The notes below the pieces were generated by a model, which saw only the letters and a list, made by a program, of their open reading frames with translations, searched no databases and was not told the DNA's origin. This document shows, piece after piece, positions 35,315 through 45,386 of a DNA stretch of 64,000 bases. Every line of letters begins with the position of its first letter. The stretch's first letter is position 1. This DNA is from a bacterium (GTDB taxonomy: Bacteria > Omnitrophota > Gorgyraeia > Zapsychrales > Zapsychraceae), in NCBI GenBank assembly GCA_030429765.1, contig JAUIER010000010.1, positions 34,162-98,161 on the forward strand. Direction: 5' to 3'. Both the position numbers and the translations under genes were made by a program.

Positions 35315-38122
35315 ATGAATTACAGAGATACGCTTAACCTACCAAAAACTGATTTTTCTATGCGGGCCGGTCTGGCCAAGAAGGAGCCTGAATATCTCGG
35401 TCAATGGGCCGATTCCGGGCTGTACGAGGCCATTAAAAAGAAATCGCACGGCAAGCCGTCATTTATTCTTCACGATGGCCCGCCGTATGCCAATGGGCAT
35501 ATTCATATCGGTCACGCCCTCAACAAGATTCTCAAAGATTTTATCGTGAAATATAAAACCATGGAAGGTTTCGACACCAGCTATGTGCCGGGGTGGGATT
35601 GTCATGGGTTGCCGATCGAGCACAAACTGCTTAAGGAGCGAAAGCAGAAGAAACAGGACGTTGATCCGGTCGAATTCCGCAAAGATGCGCACAAGTACGC
35701 GATGGACAATATCGATATCCAGCGCGATGAGTTCAAGCGATTGGGTGTCTTCGGCGAATGGGACCATCCGTATTTGACGCTCGATCCCAACTATGAATAC
35801 TGGATTATCAAATCCTTGTCAGAGCTTACCAAAAAGGGATATATCTATCGCGGATCCAAGCCGGTGAACTGGTGTTTTGATTGTGAGACGGCGCTGGCCG
35901 AGGCCGAGGTCGAGTACGAAGATCATGTATCCAAGTCGGTGTATGTAAAATTTGAAGTGACGAATCCAGAGGTGTTATCGGACCTGCCGGATAAGAAATT
36001 GTCACTGGTGATCTGGACCACAACACCGTGGACGCTCATTGCCAATGTGGCTGTTTCGGTGCACGGCGCATTTCAATATGATGTCATTGATACCGGTGAC
36101 GATTTGTTGATCGTGGAACAGACGCTGGCGTCCAGCGTTCTGGCCAAGGCCGGTATCGACAACACACAAACGGTCGCGACGCTGACAGGGGATCAATTAT
36201 CCCAGTTACTGTATAGACATCCGTTCAGCGGGAAGCCGGACTGTCGGGTGGTGCAGGCCGATTATGTCACCAAGGAAGATGGGACCGGACTGGTCCATAC
36301 CGCGCCGGGACACGGAGCCGATGACTTCGAAACCGGTTTGCAGTACAAGCTCGACGTGATCATGCCGGTCAATGACCGCGGTGTTTACAAGGAAGGACCA
36401 TACACCGGTGAGCATGTGTTCAAGGCCAATCCCAAAATTATCGATGACTTGAATGAACGTGGTGTGCTGTTGGCCCAGAGCGATTTGAATCATTCGTATC
36501 CGCATTGCTGGCGTTGTAAAAAACCGATTATCTTCCGTGCCACTCAGCAGTGGTTTGTGAAGATCGATCACGACAATCTGCGTGCCCGCGCCAAGGAGAT
36601 TATTGCCTCCAAAGTCAAGTGGGTTCCCGAGGCTGGTGAGGAACGGATCACGGCGATGGTTGCTGGACGTCCGGACTGGTGTATTTCCCGTCAACGGTAT
36701 TGGGGCGTTCCAATCCCGGCATTGAGGATCAAATCCACCGACGAGGTTAAGCTCTATCCGGAAGTCATTGACCATGTGGCCGATATTGTCCGGAAGGAAG
36801 GCACGGACGTCTGGTTTGAAAAGGACGTCAGTGAATTAATCCCTCTAGGATTCAAGGATCCGGACACCGGTGCGGATGATTTTGAAAAGACATATGATAT
36901 TCTGGATGTCTGGTTTGATTCAGGTGTGAGTTGTCAGGCGGTGGTGAAAGATATGATCAAGGCGGACTTGCCGGCTGATCTGTATCTGGAAGGATCTGAT
37001 CAGCATCGCGGCTGGTTTCAATCATCATTGATTCCGGCGGTAGCCATGGAAGGGATTGCTCCGTTTAAAGAAGTTTTGACGCATGGATTTGTCGTCGACG
37101 GACAGGGACGAAAGATGTCAAAGTCATTGGGGAATGTGATCGCGCCGCAGGAAATCTATCAAACCAATGGTGCTGATATTTTGCGGCTATGGGTGGCCTC
37201 GAGTTCTTACAATGAAGACATTCGCTGCTCCAAGGAAGTGCTTGGCCAATTGGTTGACGCGTATCGAAAGATCCGAAATACGATCCGTTATTTTCTAAGC
37301 AATCTGTATGATTTTGATCCCAACACGGAAATGGTTGAGTATGACAAATTGATGGACCTTGACAAGTGGGCGCTCAATCGATTGAGTGAAGTGTCCGACG
37401 AGGTCCGGCAAAAATTCAAGTCGTACGAATTTTCACGTGTGTACAAAACGATCTATACGTTCTGCAACGAAGAATTGTCGAACTTTTATCTGGATATTCT
37501 CAAGGACCGTTTATATGTCAAGGCGGCCAACAGTGAAAAGCGCAAAGCCGCGCAGACGGCCTTGTACCATATTCTAAATCATCTCGTCCGTCTTTTGACG
37601 CCGATTATTCCATTCACGAGTGAAGAAGTGTTTCAGACCATGCCGAAAGACCGGTCGATGAAAGATGTTCAAAGTGTTCACTTGCTCGAATTTCTTGACG
37701 TAGATCCGCAGTGGAAGAATGCGCGTATCTCCGAGTATTTTGATCTGTTGATCCGCTTGAGACCATTGGTCCTCAAGGCCCTGGAAGACCGTCGTTCCGC
37801 CGGAGAGATCGGCAGTTCGCTGGAGGCGAAAGTGGTGTTTAACTCGGCCAGTGACCGGGATCTGACCTACCTGTCGCAATTCGGAGATGATTTGGCGGAT
37901 ATGTTTATTGTGTCACAGGCCGAAGTGCACAAGGTTGATTCCGTGGCAAAAGGTGCCAGCGAGATGTTTGCCCAGACCGAGATCGTGATCCACAAAGCGG
38001 ACGGCAAGAAATGCGAACGTTCATGGAAGTACAGCGCCGATGTCGGATCTGATGCGGATCATCCGACCTTGTCGGCTGAGTCTGCGCAAATTGTCCGCGA
38101 TATTCTCAGTAATCAGCCATAA
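35315..38122 (+). CDS. ileS: Isoleucine--tRNA ligase (type 1)
   Basis: LHDGPPYANG.IHIGH, PGWDCHGLPIE, IWTTTPWT, GTGLVHTAPGHG, DWCISRQRYWG, EGSDQHRGWF, KMSKS. Confidence 0.98.
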   Translation: MNYRDTLNLPKTDFSMRAGLAKKEPEYLGQWADSGLYEAIKKKSHGKPSFILHDGPPYANGHIHIGHALNKILKDFIVKYKTMEGFDTSYVPGWDCHGLPIEHKLLKERKQKKQDVDPVEFRKDAHKYAMDNIDIQRDEFKRLGVFGEWDHPYLTLDPNYEYWIIKSLSELTKKGYIYRGSKPVNWCFDCETALAEAEVEYEDHVSKSVYVKFEVTNPEVLSDLPDKKLSLVIWTTTPWTLIANVAVSVHGAFQYDVIDTGDDLLIVEQTLASSVLAKAGIDNTQTVATLTGDQLSQLLYRHPFSGKPDCRVVQADYVTKEDGTGLVHTAPGHGADDFETGLQYKLDVIMPVNDRGVYKEGPYTGEHVFKANPKIIDDLNERGVLLAQSDLNHSYPHCWRCKKPIIFRATQQWFVKIDHDNLRARAKEIIASKVKWVPEAGEERITAMVAGRPDWCISRQRYWGVPIPALRIKSTDEVKLYPEVIDHVADIVRKEGTDVWFEKDVSELIPLGFKDPDTGADDFEKTYDILDVWFDSGVSCQAVVKDMIKADLPADLYLEGSDQHRGWFQSSLIPAVAMEGIAPFKEVLTHGFVVDGQGRKMSKSLGNVIAPQEIYQTNGADILRLWVASSSYNEDIRCSKEVLGQLVDAYRKIRNTIRYFLSNLYDFDPNTEMVEYDKLMDLDKWALNRLSEVSDEVRQKFKSYEFSRVYKTIYTFCNEELSNFYLDILKDRLYVKAANSEKRKAAQTALYHILNHLVRLLTPIIPFTSEEVFQTMPKDRSMKDVQSVHLLEFLDVDPQWKNARISEYFDLLIRLRPLVLKALEDRRSAGEIGSSLEAKVVFNSASDRDLTYLSQFGDDLADMFIVSQAEVHKVDSVAKGASEMFAQTEIVIHKADGKKCERSWKYSADVGSDADHPTLSAESAQIVRDILSNQP

Positions 38123-38139
38123 TCAGGCAAGGGATTCTG

Positions 38140-38388
38140 ATGATCTATTCGATTCTCAAAGGATTGTTCATTTGGCCGATCCGTGTCTATCAACAGACAT
38201 TGTCGGCCTTTTTTCCGCCGACGTGCCGGCACATGCCGACATGTTCGCAGTATATGATTCAGGCGATTGAAGAACATGGTGTGTGGCGCGGACTCGGACT
38301 GGGAATCAAGCGGATCCTCACCTGTCATCCATTCGGACGGCATGGATATGATCCCGTGCCATCAAAGGAGTCATCCCGTGTCGCTTAA
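38140..38388 (+). CDS. yidD: Membrane protein insertion efficiency factor
   Basis: YQ..LS...P.TCR..PTCS.Y...AI..HG..RG..L...RIL.CHPF...GYDPVP. Confidence 0.93.
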   Translation: MIYSILKGLFIWPIRVYQQTLSAFFPPTCRHMPTCSQYMIQAIEEHGVWRGLGLGIKRILTCHPFGRHGYDPVPSKESSRVA

Positions 38389-39835
38389 GATCTACAATTC
38401 TCTCTCCCGAAAAGAAGAAGACTTCAAAACACTAGAGCCCGGACAGGTCAAGATGTATGTCTGCGGACCGACGGTTTACGACCTGTTGCACGTGGGAAAT
38501 TTTCGCGGCGCGATATTTTTCAATCTGGTCCGGCAATGGCTGGAAAAATCCGGATATAAGGTGAACTTTGTCTACAATTACACGGACATCGACGACAAGA
38601 TCATCAATCGGGCCAATGAGTCGGATGAAGACCCGCTGAAACTCAGCGAACGATATATCAAAGAATTTGAGGTTGATTTTGCACGGCTCGGACTAAAGGC
38701 GCATGATCATAATCCCCGGTGCACGCATCATATCGATGACATGACGGCGATGATCCAGACACTTGTCGATGGCGGTCATGCTTATGTCATTGAGGGGGAA
38801 GTGTTCTTTTCGATTGAATCGTTCAAGGAATACGGCAAACTCAGCGGCAAGAACATTGAAGATTTACAGGCCGGGCATCGGGTGGATCCGGACCCTCGCA
38901 AGAAAAGCCCGCTGGATTTTGTGCTGTGGAAACCGGCCAAAGCGGGTGAGCCGGGCTGGGATTCTCCGTGGGGCAAAGGCCGTCCGGGCTGGCATATCGA
39001 ATGCTCGACGATGAGCCATGTGCTTTTGGGTGACAGCATCGACATTCACGGCGGCGGGATTGATCTGACATTTCCGCATCATGAGAACGAGATCGCTCAA
39101 AGCGAGGCGTCCAGTCAAAAACCGTTCGCCCGTTATTGGATGCATAACAACTTCATCAATTTCGGTGATGCCAAGATGTCCAAATCTCTGGGCAATGTCG
39201 TCAAGGCGCGTGATTTCATGGATCAGTATCATCCCGAAATACTCAAATACATGATGCTGTCCGTACACTACCGCTCGCCGTTAAATCTGTCTGAAAATCA
39301 GGTTCATCAGGCCATCGCTGGATTAGATCGAATTTATTCCACCATTCATTTAGCGGATCAAGTTATCGATCGCGGCGAAAGCAGTCAGACCGACAAGCCG
39401 TTTAGAGAAAAACTGGAAACTGCCCAGGCAGCGATTGAATCGGCGCTTAACGATGATTTTAATACGCCGAATGTGTACGCGGCGATCTTTGATATCGTAC
39501 GCCAACTGAATGCCGCGATCAAACCTGGTCAAAAGGCTAAGCCGATCCTGGTGGACAAGGCGCAGGCATTTAAAGATTGGATCACCGGTGTCGGTGAGTT
39601 GATGGCCTTGTTCCAGGAACCGGCAGGAGAATTTCTGAAGACGATGAATGATATCATGGTCCGGGAAAAAAGTATCGATGTCGAAAAGGTCGAGGCATTG
39701 ATCGCGCAGCGTAACGAAGCGCGGAGTAACAAAGATTTTGAATCAGCCGACCGCATCCGTGATGAACTGGTGGCCATGGATATTATTATCCTGGACGGTG
39801 TCGAGGGCACCCGCTGGGAAGTGAAAAAGGGCTAA
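38378..39835 (+). CDS. cysS: Cysteine--tRNA ligase
   Basis: MYVCGPTVY..HVGN, N.TDIDDKII, DFVLWK, GRPGWHIECS, DIHGGG.DL.FPHHENE, KMSKSLGN; GTG start after AAGGAG. Confidence 0.97.
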   Translation: MSLKIYNSLSRKEEDFKTLEPGQVKMYVCGPTVYDLLHVGNFRGAIFFNLVRQWLEKSGYKVNFVYNYTDIDDKIINRANESDEDPLKLSERYIKEFEVDFARLGLKAHDHNPRCTHHIDDMTAMIQTLVDGGHAYVIEGEVFFSIESFKEYGKLSGKNIEDLQAGHRVDPDPRKKSPLDFVLWKPAKAGEPGWDSPWGKGRPGWHIECSTMSHVLLGDSIDIHGGGIDLTFPHHENEIAQSEASSQKPFARYWMHNNFINFGDAKMSKSLGNVVKARDFMDQYHPEILKYMMLSVHYRSPLNLSENQVHQAIAGLDRIYSTIHLADQVIDRGESSQTDKPFREKLETAQAAIESALNDDFNTPNVYAAIFDIVRQLNAAIKPGQKAKPILVDKAQAFKDWITGVGELMALFQEPAGEFLKTMNDIMVREKSIDVEKVEALIAQRNEARSNKDFESADRIRDELVAMDIIILDGVEGTRWEVKKG

Positions 39836-39880
39836 TTACCGTCGGGATTTACGAGTCTCGACAGACCAAAGGAGGATCAG

Positions 39881-40366
39881 ATGAAAAAAATGATGCTACT
39901 ATCCGCTTTAATCATCGCGATGGCGATGCAGGCGCAGCCGGCCGCGGCCCACTGCGAGATTCCCTGCGGGATTTATGATGATGAACTGCGTGTCCGGTTG
40001 GTCCATGAGCATGCCGGTACGGTTCTGAAGTCAATGAATCAGATCAATGAGCTGTCGAAAGACGGTGACAAAAATTACAATCAGCTGATCCGCTGGGTCA
40101 GCAACAAAGAACAGCACGCCAATGAGATCCAGGAAATCGTCACACAATACTTTATGACGCAGCGCATCAAACCCAAAGACGATGAAGCCGGTATGGCCAA
40201 GTATAACAAGGAATTGTCATTGCTGCACCAGGTGTTGCTGCACGCGATGAAGGCTAAACAGACCACGGACGCGTCGCATCCGGCCAAGATCGATGAGTTG
40301 ATGCATGAGTTTAGCGAAAGCTATTTCGGCGAGCACAAAGGAAGTCACACTCACGGTATGAAATAG
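39881..40366 (+). CDS. sodN: Nickel superoxide dismutase with Sec-type signal peptide
   Basis: Ni-hook HCEIPCGIYD directly after AAA signal-peptidase site; NQLIRWV.NKE.HA. Confidence 0.92.
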   Translation: MKKMMLLSALIIAMAMQAQPAAAHCEIPCGIYDDELRVRLVHEHAGTVLKSMNQINELSKDGDKNYNQLIRWVSNKEQHANEIQEIVTQYFMTQRIKPKDDEAGMAKYNKELSLLHQVLLHAMKAKQTTDASHPAKIDELMHEFSESYFGEHKGSHTHGMK

Positions 40367-40369
40367 CCT

Positions 40370-41359
40370 GTGAAATCGCCAATCAACATTTCAGGATGTG
40401 TGATTGCCCTGACGTATCTGGTGGTTTCGAACGTCAGTCCCGCCTTCGCGGACAACCCGTCCGCCTTTGTCCCGCCCGATGGAAACGTGCTGGTTTTTGT
40501 CGGGCAGGACAAAAATACCCTCGCTCAATACAAAAAAGAAGTGGATATCGCCCCCGCCGGGGTGATGTTTTACACATCTATTCAGGATATGGAAGGTCTG
40601 TACCGTTCGGCGGACAAGGGTGGCGGAGTGCAGAATGCCCGCTGGCTGACGCGGGAGTTTCCCGACAGCGCGCTTCAGATTGGCCTTTACATGGTCAACG
40701 CGCTGGATAGGGTGGTCACCGGCGTTTACGACGAGAATATCGAAAAATTGGCTGAATTTTTCAAATCCCATCCACGGCCTTTTTATCTGCGTATCGGATA
40801 TGAGTTCGATAATCCGTCCAACAAATATATCCCCGAAAAATATATCGAGGCCTACCGGTATATCGCGAATAATCTGCGCGGGCATGGTGTTGACAACGTA
40901 GCCTATGTCTGGCACGCGCATGGGCAGATTTACGCGCAGCAGCAGATGGACTGGTATCCGGGCGATGAATTTGTCGATTGGGTGGGGCTGTCGTACTTCA
41001 GTCCCTTTAATGAAGACGGGATGAAACGGGTGGTTGATCTGGCCCATTCATTGAACAAGCCGATCATGATCGCCGAGGCCACACCGATCAAACTGAATTT
41101 TCGAGATGGACACAATGCGTGGAAACGATGGTTTCCGTTTGTGGAACGCTTCATCAAAGAAAATAACGTCCAGGCCTTTTGCTACATCAACAGTCATTGG
41201 GACCGGATTCCGATGTTCAAGCAGGACAAGTGGGGCGATGCGCGCGTGCAGATCAATCCGGTGATTCGGGAGCGTTGGGAATCCATGATCGCGAATCCGC
41301 CATTTATTAATGCGTCGAAAGAGCTGTTTGGAACACTGGGATATTCTCCGTCCGAGTGA
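40370..41359 (+). CDS. Exported glycoside hydrolase family 26
   Basis: Signal peptide ending AFA; YLRIGYEFD, NVAYVWH, WYPGD.FVDWVGLSYF, KPIMIAEATP. Confidence 0.85.
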   Translation: MKSPINISGCVIALTYLVVSNVSPAFADNPSAFVPPDGNVLVFVGQDKNTLAQYKKEVDIAPAGVMFYTSIQDMEGLYRSADKGGGVQNARWLTREFPDSALQIGLYMVNALDRVVTGVYDENIEKLAEFFKSHPRPFYLRIGYEFDNPSNKYIPEKYIEAYRYIANNLRGHGVDNVAYVWHAHGQIYAQQQMDWYPGDEFVDWVGLSYFSPFNEDGMKRVVDLAHSLNKPIMIAEATPIKLNFRDGHNAWKRWFPFVERFIKENNVQAFCYINSHWDRIPMFKQDKWGDARVQINPVIRERWESMIANPPFINASKELFGTLGYSPSE

Positions 41360-41411
41360 ATTACAGACTAAAAGTCTCGACAATCTTTCGTCGACCAGTA
41401 CAATAAAGGAT

Positions 41412-42011
41412 ATGACGATGTCGAAATGGTTTTTAGCCGTTATATGCGTATTTATGATGTCAACACCTGCACAAAGTCAAAATTCAAATCAAGCCGTGGC
41501 CACCTTTGCGGGCGGATGCTTCTGGTGTATTGAAGCCGCTTTTGAAAAAGTCGACGGTGTTATTTCAGCGGTGTCCGGTTTTACGGACGGGCATACCGAG
41601 GACCCGACGTATTATGAGGTGGGATCCGGCCAGACCGGACATACCGAGGCCGTTGAGGTGATCTATGATCCCACGAAGGTCAAATACGGCCAATTGCTGA
41701 ACGTGTTCTGGCGGAACATTGATCCGACCCAGAAGAACGGTCAGTTTGCCGACAAGGGAACGCAGTACCGGACCGGGATCTACTATCACAATGATGATCA
41801 AAAGCAGGCGGCGGAGGCCTCAAAGCAGGCGCTGGAGGATTCCGGTAAATTTGACAAACCGATCGTGGTTGAGATCAAACCGGCCACAAAGTTTTATCCG
41901 GCCGATGAAAAACATCAAGATTACTACAAAAAGAGCCCGGGGCATTACCAGAGCTATCACTTTTTCTCCGGACGCGGACCATACATCAAAAAAGTATGGG
42001 GGACCAAATAA
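41412..42011 (+). CDS. msrA: Peptide methionine sulfoxide reductase A, exported
   Basis: FAGGCFWC, GHTEAV.V.YDP, QF.D.G.QYR, HQDYY; N-terminal signal peptide. Confidence 0.95.
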   Translation: MTMSKWFLAVICVFMMSTPAQSQNSNQAVATFAGGCFWCIEAAFEKVDGVISAVSGFTDGHTEDPTYYEVGSGQTGHTEAVEVIYDPTKVKYGQLLNVFWRNIDPTQKNGQFADKGTQYRTGIYYHNDDQKQAAEASKQALEDSGKFDKPIVVEIKPATKFYPADEKHQDYYKKSPGHYQSYHFFSGRGPYIKKVWGTK

Positions 42012-42024
42012 CAACGGGGGATAA

Positions 42025-42315
42025 ATGGGGTTAGAGGTTTCATCCGAGAAGGAATTGCAGTGGATCCGGAAAGAGCACCGGCGCCAGAAATTCTATTACC
42101 TGCTGGTCGTCGCGACTTTCGGCCTGATGACCCACTCATTCATCGTATTTGTCCTTCCGGAGAACCGCCTCGCCGCCATCTATCGGATTACCTTTTTCTA
42201 CGCCTTTCTGGCCTTTATGGTGACCGTTCAGGTCCTGTACAAAAGCCGCAAATATCTGCAGATTATCGACTTAATCCTCGATGAACGCCGCCAAACCTTC
42301 TCCGCAAAGAAATAA
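42025..42315 (+). CDS. Small two-TM hypothetical protein
   Basis: GGGGG RBS; two hydrophobic segments. Confidence 0.6.
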   Translation: MGLEVSSEKELQWIRKEHRRQKFYYLLVVATFGLMTHSFIVFVLPENRLAAIYRITFFYAFLAFMVTVQVLYKSRKYLQIIDLILDERRQTFSAKK

Positions 42316-42417
42316 CGTTTAGTTGTTTGCCTCTCCGCGTATTTTGACTATAATACTATGGATTTCAGTAGGATATATCAACTTGGGCTTATACCTGCTT
42401 TGCGAAAGGAGAGGTGA

Positions 42418-42768
42418 ATGCCGAATAATAAACGCGAATCCAAACGTCTAGCCATTGAAATAGACGGCAGTTATAGAATCTGGGAGTCTGATTTTCCGTT
42501 TGCGGTGATCACGACCGTCAATATCAGTCACACCGGGATATGTTTCAAGACGGACCATGAGATCGATAGCGGTAATTCTGTGGAGCTTAAGATGAAAATG
42601 GGCACCGATGAGCCGCTTTCGCTGCTTGGCAAGGTGATCTGGTGCAACCCGATTTATGATACCGGTAACTTCAATACCGGTGTCAAGATCATGAACGTTA
42701 ATTCGGATGACGCCAAGCAGTTTATCAAGTTCTATAAATCGCAGTTGATGTATCCGCCGGAGAATTAG
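42418..42768 (+). CDS. Single-domain PilZ protein (c-di-GMP receptor)
   Basis: RxxxR (RESKR) and NxSxxG (NISHTG); GKVIW; GGAG/GAGGTG RBS. Confidence 0.85.
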   Translation: MPNNKRESKRLAIEIDGSYRIWESDFPFAVITTVNISHTGICFKTDHEIDSGNSVELKMKMGTDEPLSLLGKVIWCNPIYDTGNFNTGVKIMNVNSDDAKQFIKFYKSQLMYPPEN

Positions 42769-42773
42769 GATCT

Positions 42774-43445
42774 ATGGTTTCCGTCATTGTCCCGGTCTAC
42801 AATGAAGAAACGATTTTGGCGGCCCGGCGGGATTACTTTGAGGAGATCTCCCGGGAGGCCGAACTTATTTTTGTGGACGGCGGCAGTTTCGATGGTACGC
42901 CGGAGCTCATTCGATCATTTGACGGATCGATCAAGAGCGGTAAGGGACGCTCCGTGCAGATGAATGCCGGCGCCCAAAAGGCGCGGCACGAGATTTTATT
43001 ATTTTTACATGTCGATACACGGCTGGATTTGGAGATCATCCGGCGGATACCCGCGTATGTCAAGCAGGGGTATGTCGGCGGGGCCTTTCGTCAGGTGATT
43101 GATCGCCAGGGGCTGTTGTTCCGCTGGATTGCGTTTACGGGGAACATTCGGGCCCGGATGTCCGGTGTGTTTTATGGTGATCAAGGGATTTTTGTCCGCA
43201 AGGATGTCTTTGACGCCATTGGCGGATTTCCGGAATATGCCATCGGCGAAGATGTGTATTTCTCACGGAAGCTCAAACAGCAAGGACGTGTTCGGTTGTG
43301 GTCGGACCCGATTTACTGCTCGGCACGGCGCTGGGAACAGCAGGGGGTGATCAGAACTTCTCTGATGAATGCCCGCGTGAAAATGGGGCTGGCCCTGGGG
43401 CAGAGCAAAAAACAACTGTCAAATGAATACCGGGACGTCCGGTAG
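42774..43445 (+). CDS. GT2 glycosyltransferase (TIGR04283-like)
   Basis: VSVIVPVYNEE, VDGGS.DGT, GR..QMNAGA, LFLH.DT, YGDQG.F, EDV..S, S.RRW...G. Confidence 0.88.
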   Translation: MVSVIVPVYNEETILAARRDYFEEISREAELIFVDGGSFDGTPELIRSFDGSIKSGKGRSVQMNAGAQKARHEILLFLHVDTRLDLEIIRRIPAYVKQGYVGGAFRQVIDRQGLLFRWIAFTGNIRARMSGVFYGDQGIFVRKDVFDAIGGFPEYAIGEDVYFSRKLKQQGRVRLWSDPIYCSARRWEQQGVIRTSLMNARVKMGLALGQSKKQLSNEYRDVR

Positions 43446-43456
43446 CAGAAAAATTT

Positions 43457-44935
43457 ATGATTGACCAAACAAAAACGTATTTTATCGCCCGACGGTTCTT
43501 TATCCGTTTTCTGGGAATTGTGTATTTGATTGCATTTGCGTCGATGTGGACGCAGATCCAGGGACTCGTCGGAAGCACGGGTATCCTGCCCGCCAAAGAA
43601 TATCTGGCGGCCGCCAAGGAGTACTACGGATTCCCTAATATATTCGGACTGCCGACCATATTTTGGTTTGGCTGCTGGGATAAGGCCTTGGTGGCGGTGT
43701 GCGGATTGGGCGTGGTGGCCTCGATCCTGATTATCAGCGGCTTTTTTCCGGTGATCGCGCTCAGTGTGGCGTGGGTGTTCTACTTATCTATTGTCCATGT
43801 CGGACAGACATTCCTGAGTTTTCAGTGGGATATCCTGTTGCTTGAGGTCGGATTCCTGAGTATATTCTTGTGCCCATGGCGCCGGATGCTCAACACGTTT
43901 GATGAAGCGCCGCCGCAATGGGTGATGTTCGCTTTTCGTCTGCTACTATTCAAGCTGATGTTCCAGTCGGGATTAGTCAAGATTCTGAGCAATGACGCAA
44001 ATTGGTTGGATCTCAGCGCCATCCATTATCACATGTTCACTCAACCGCTGCCGAACCCGGTGAGCTGGTTTGGATATCATCAGCCGTTTTTCCTTCAGGA
44101 ATTTTTCTGTGTGGTCCTGTTTTTTGTCGAACTGATTGTGCCGTTCTCCATTATTCTGCATCGCACTACCCGGCTGTGGGGGTGCGGTATTCTGATCCTG
44201 TTTCAGGGGTTGATCATGTTAACCGGCAATTTCGGGTTCTTTAATCTGCTGACCATGGCGCTGTGTTTTCTGCTGATCGATGACAAGTTTTTCCGTCGTA
44301 AGATTTATGACAAAACGTTTGCGGAATGGGGGCAAATCCCTCAAGAGCTTAAGCTCAAGAATGATTTTATCGCCAAGATCAAGGACGTGATCTGCCAGGT
44401 AGTAGTGGGGGTGCTGATCTCGTTAACATTTCTGAATTTCGCCAATATGAAGGCCACACTGCCGGCACCTGTCGAGACCGTAATGAGCATTTTCAGGCCG
44501 TACCTGATCAACAACAGCTACGGTCTATTTGCGTCGATGACCACCACGCGTACGGAAATTATCATCGAGGGCAGTAATGACGGTCACACGTGGAAGGCCT
44601 ACGAATTCCGCTATAAGCCCGGCAACACATTTCGCCGGCCCGCCCAGGTTGCTCCGCATCAGCCGCGGCTGGATTGGCAGATGTGGTTTGCCGCGTTGCT
44701 GCCGGATTATCGGTACACGCCGTGGTTTGCCAATTTTCTCAAACGGATCCTGGAAGGGGACAAGCATGTCATGAAGCTGATGTGGATTGATCCATTCTAC
44801 GGTAACCCTCCGCGCTTTTTGCGGGCCAAGGTTTACGACTACAAATTTACCACTAAAAAGCAGCGGGCCGAGAACGGTGAGTGGTGGCGCCGTACCGAAA
44901 AGGGATATTTTGCCCCGATTATGCAATTAGAGTAG
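43457..44935 (+). CDS. Lipase maturation factor (LMF1) family membrane protein
   Basis: GL.G..GILPA, GQ.FLSFQWD.LLLE.GF, TQPLP.P.SW, TGN..FFNLLT, YGLFA.MT..R.EI, APHQPRLDWQMWFAAL. Confidence 0.92.
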   Translation: MIDQTKTYFIARRFFIRFLGIVYLIAFASMWTQIQGLVGSTGILPAKEYLAAAKEYYGFPNIFGLPTIFWFGCWDKALVAVCGLGVVASILIISGFFPVIALSVAWVFYLSIVHVGQTFLSFQWDILLLEVGFLSIFLCPWRRMLNTFDEAPPQWVMFAFRLLLFKLMFQSGLVKILSNDANWLDLSAIHYHMFTQPLPNPVSWFGYHQPFFLQEFFCVVLFFVELIVPFSIILHRTTRLWGCGILILFQGLIMLTGNFGFFNLLTMALCFLLIDDKFFRRKIYDKTFAEWGQIPQELKLKNDFIAKIKDVICQVVVGVLISLTFLNFANMKATLPAPVETVMSIFRPYLINNSYGLFASMTTTRTEIIIEGSNDGHTWKAYEFRYKPGNTFRRPAQVAPHQPRLDWQMWFAALLPDYRYTPWFANFLKRILEGDKHVMKLMWIDPFYGNPPRFLRAKVYDYKFTTKKQRAENGEWWRRTEKGYFAPIMQLE

Positions 44936-45002
44936 ACTCTCCGGTCACATCCCCTTGCCGAAGGCTGATTTGGGCAGTATACTTTGGGAAAGGGACCCTA
45001 TC

Positions 45003-45386
45003 ATGACCGAAATATCCAAAATCCAGTTCACACCTGCCGACGCCAACAAGCGTCTGCCTCTGGTCAGCCGGATTGTATCGGATATCCTGATCAAGAAACA
45101 ACGTCTCAAAGAAATTTCAAATCAATCACCTGCCGCGACCGAGTCGTCTCCCGAGGTCCTGGATATCCAGGACAAGATGAAGGCGCTTACTCAGGAGCTT
45201 GAGGATCTGGGCTGTTATTTTAATAATAAACATGCTGATTATGGGCATGTCCATTTTCCATCGGTGATCGATGGCGAGACCGTATTTTTGTGCTGGCGTT
45301 CAGATGAGATGGATGTCCGGTATTTTCATTATCAGTATGAAGGATACGAGAACCGCAAAGCCATTCCTCCGCACTATCTCAACTAA
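45003..45386 (+). CDS. DUF2203-family protein
   Basis: FT...AN..LPLV, G.V.FPS..DG..VFLCWR..E..V.YFH....G...RK; TTGCCG-17-TATACT promoter upstream. Confidence 0.85.
   Translation: MTEISKIQFTPADANKRLPLVSRIVSDILIKKQRLKEISNQSPAATESSPEVLDIQDKMKALTQELEDLGCYFNNKHADYGHVHFPSVIDGETVFLCWRSDEMDVRYFHYQYEGYENRKAIPPHYLN

Noticed and set aside
1806-43445. Arsenic system (ArsC plus TIGR04283-like glycosyltransferase)
   Set aside because: The genes are about 40 kb apart, with no arsR, arsB/acr3, arsM or arsS in the window.
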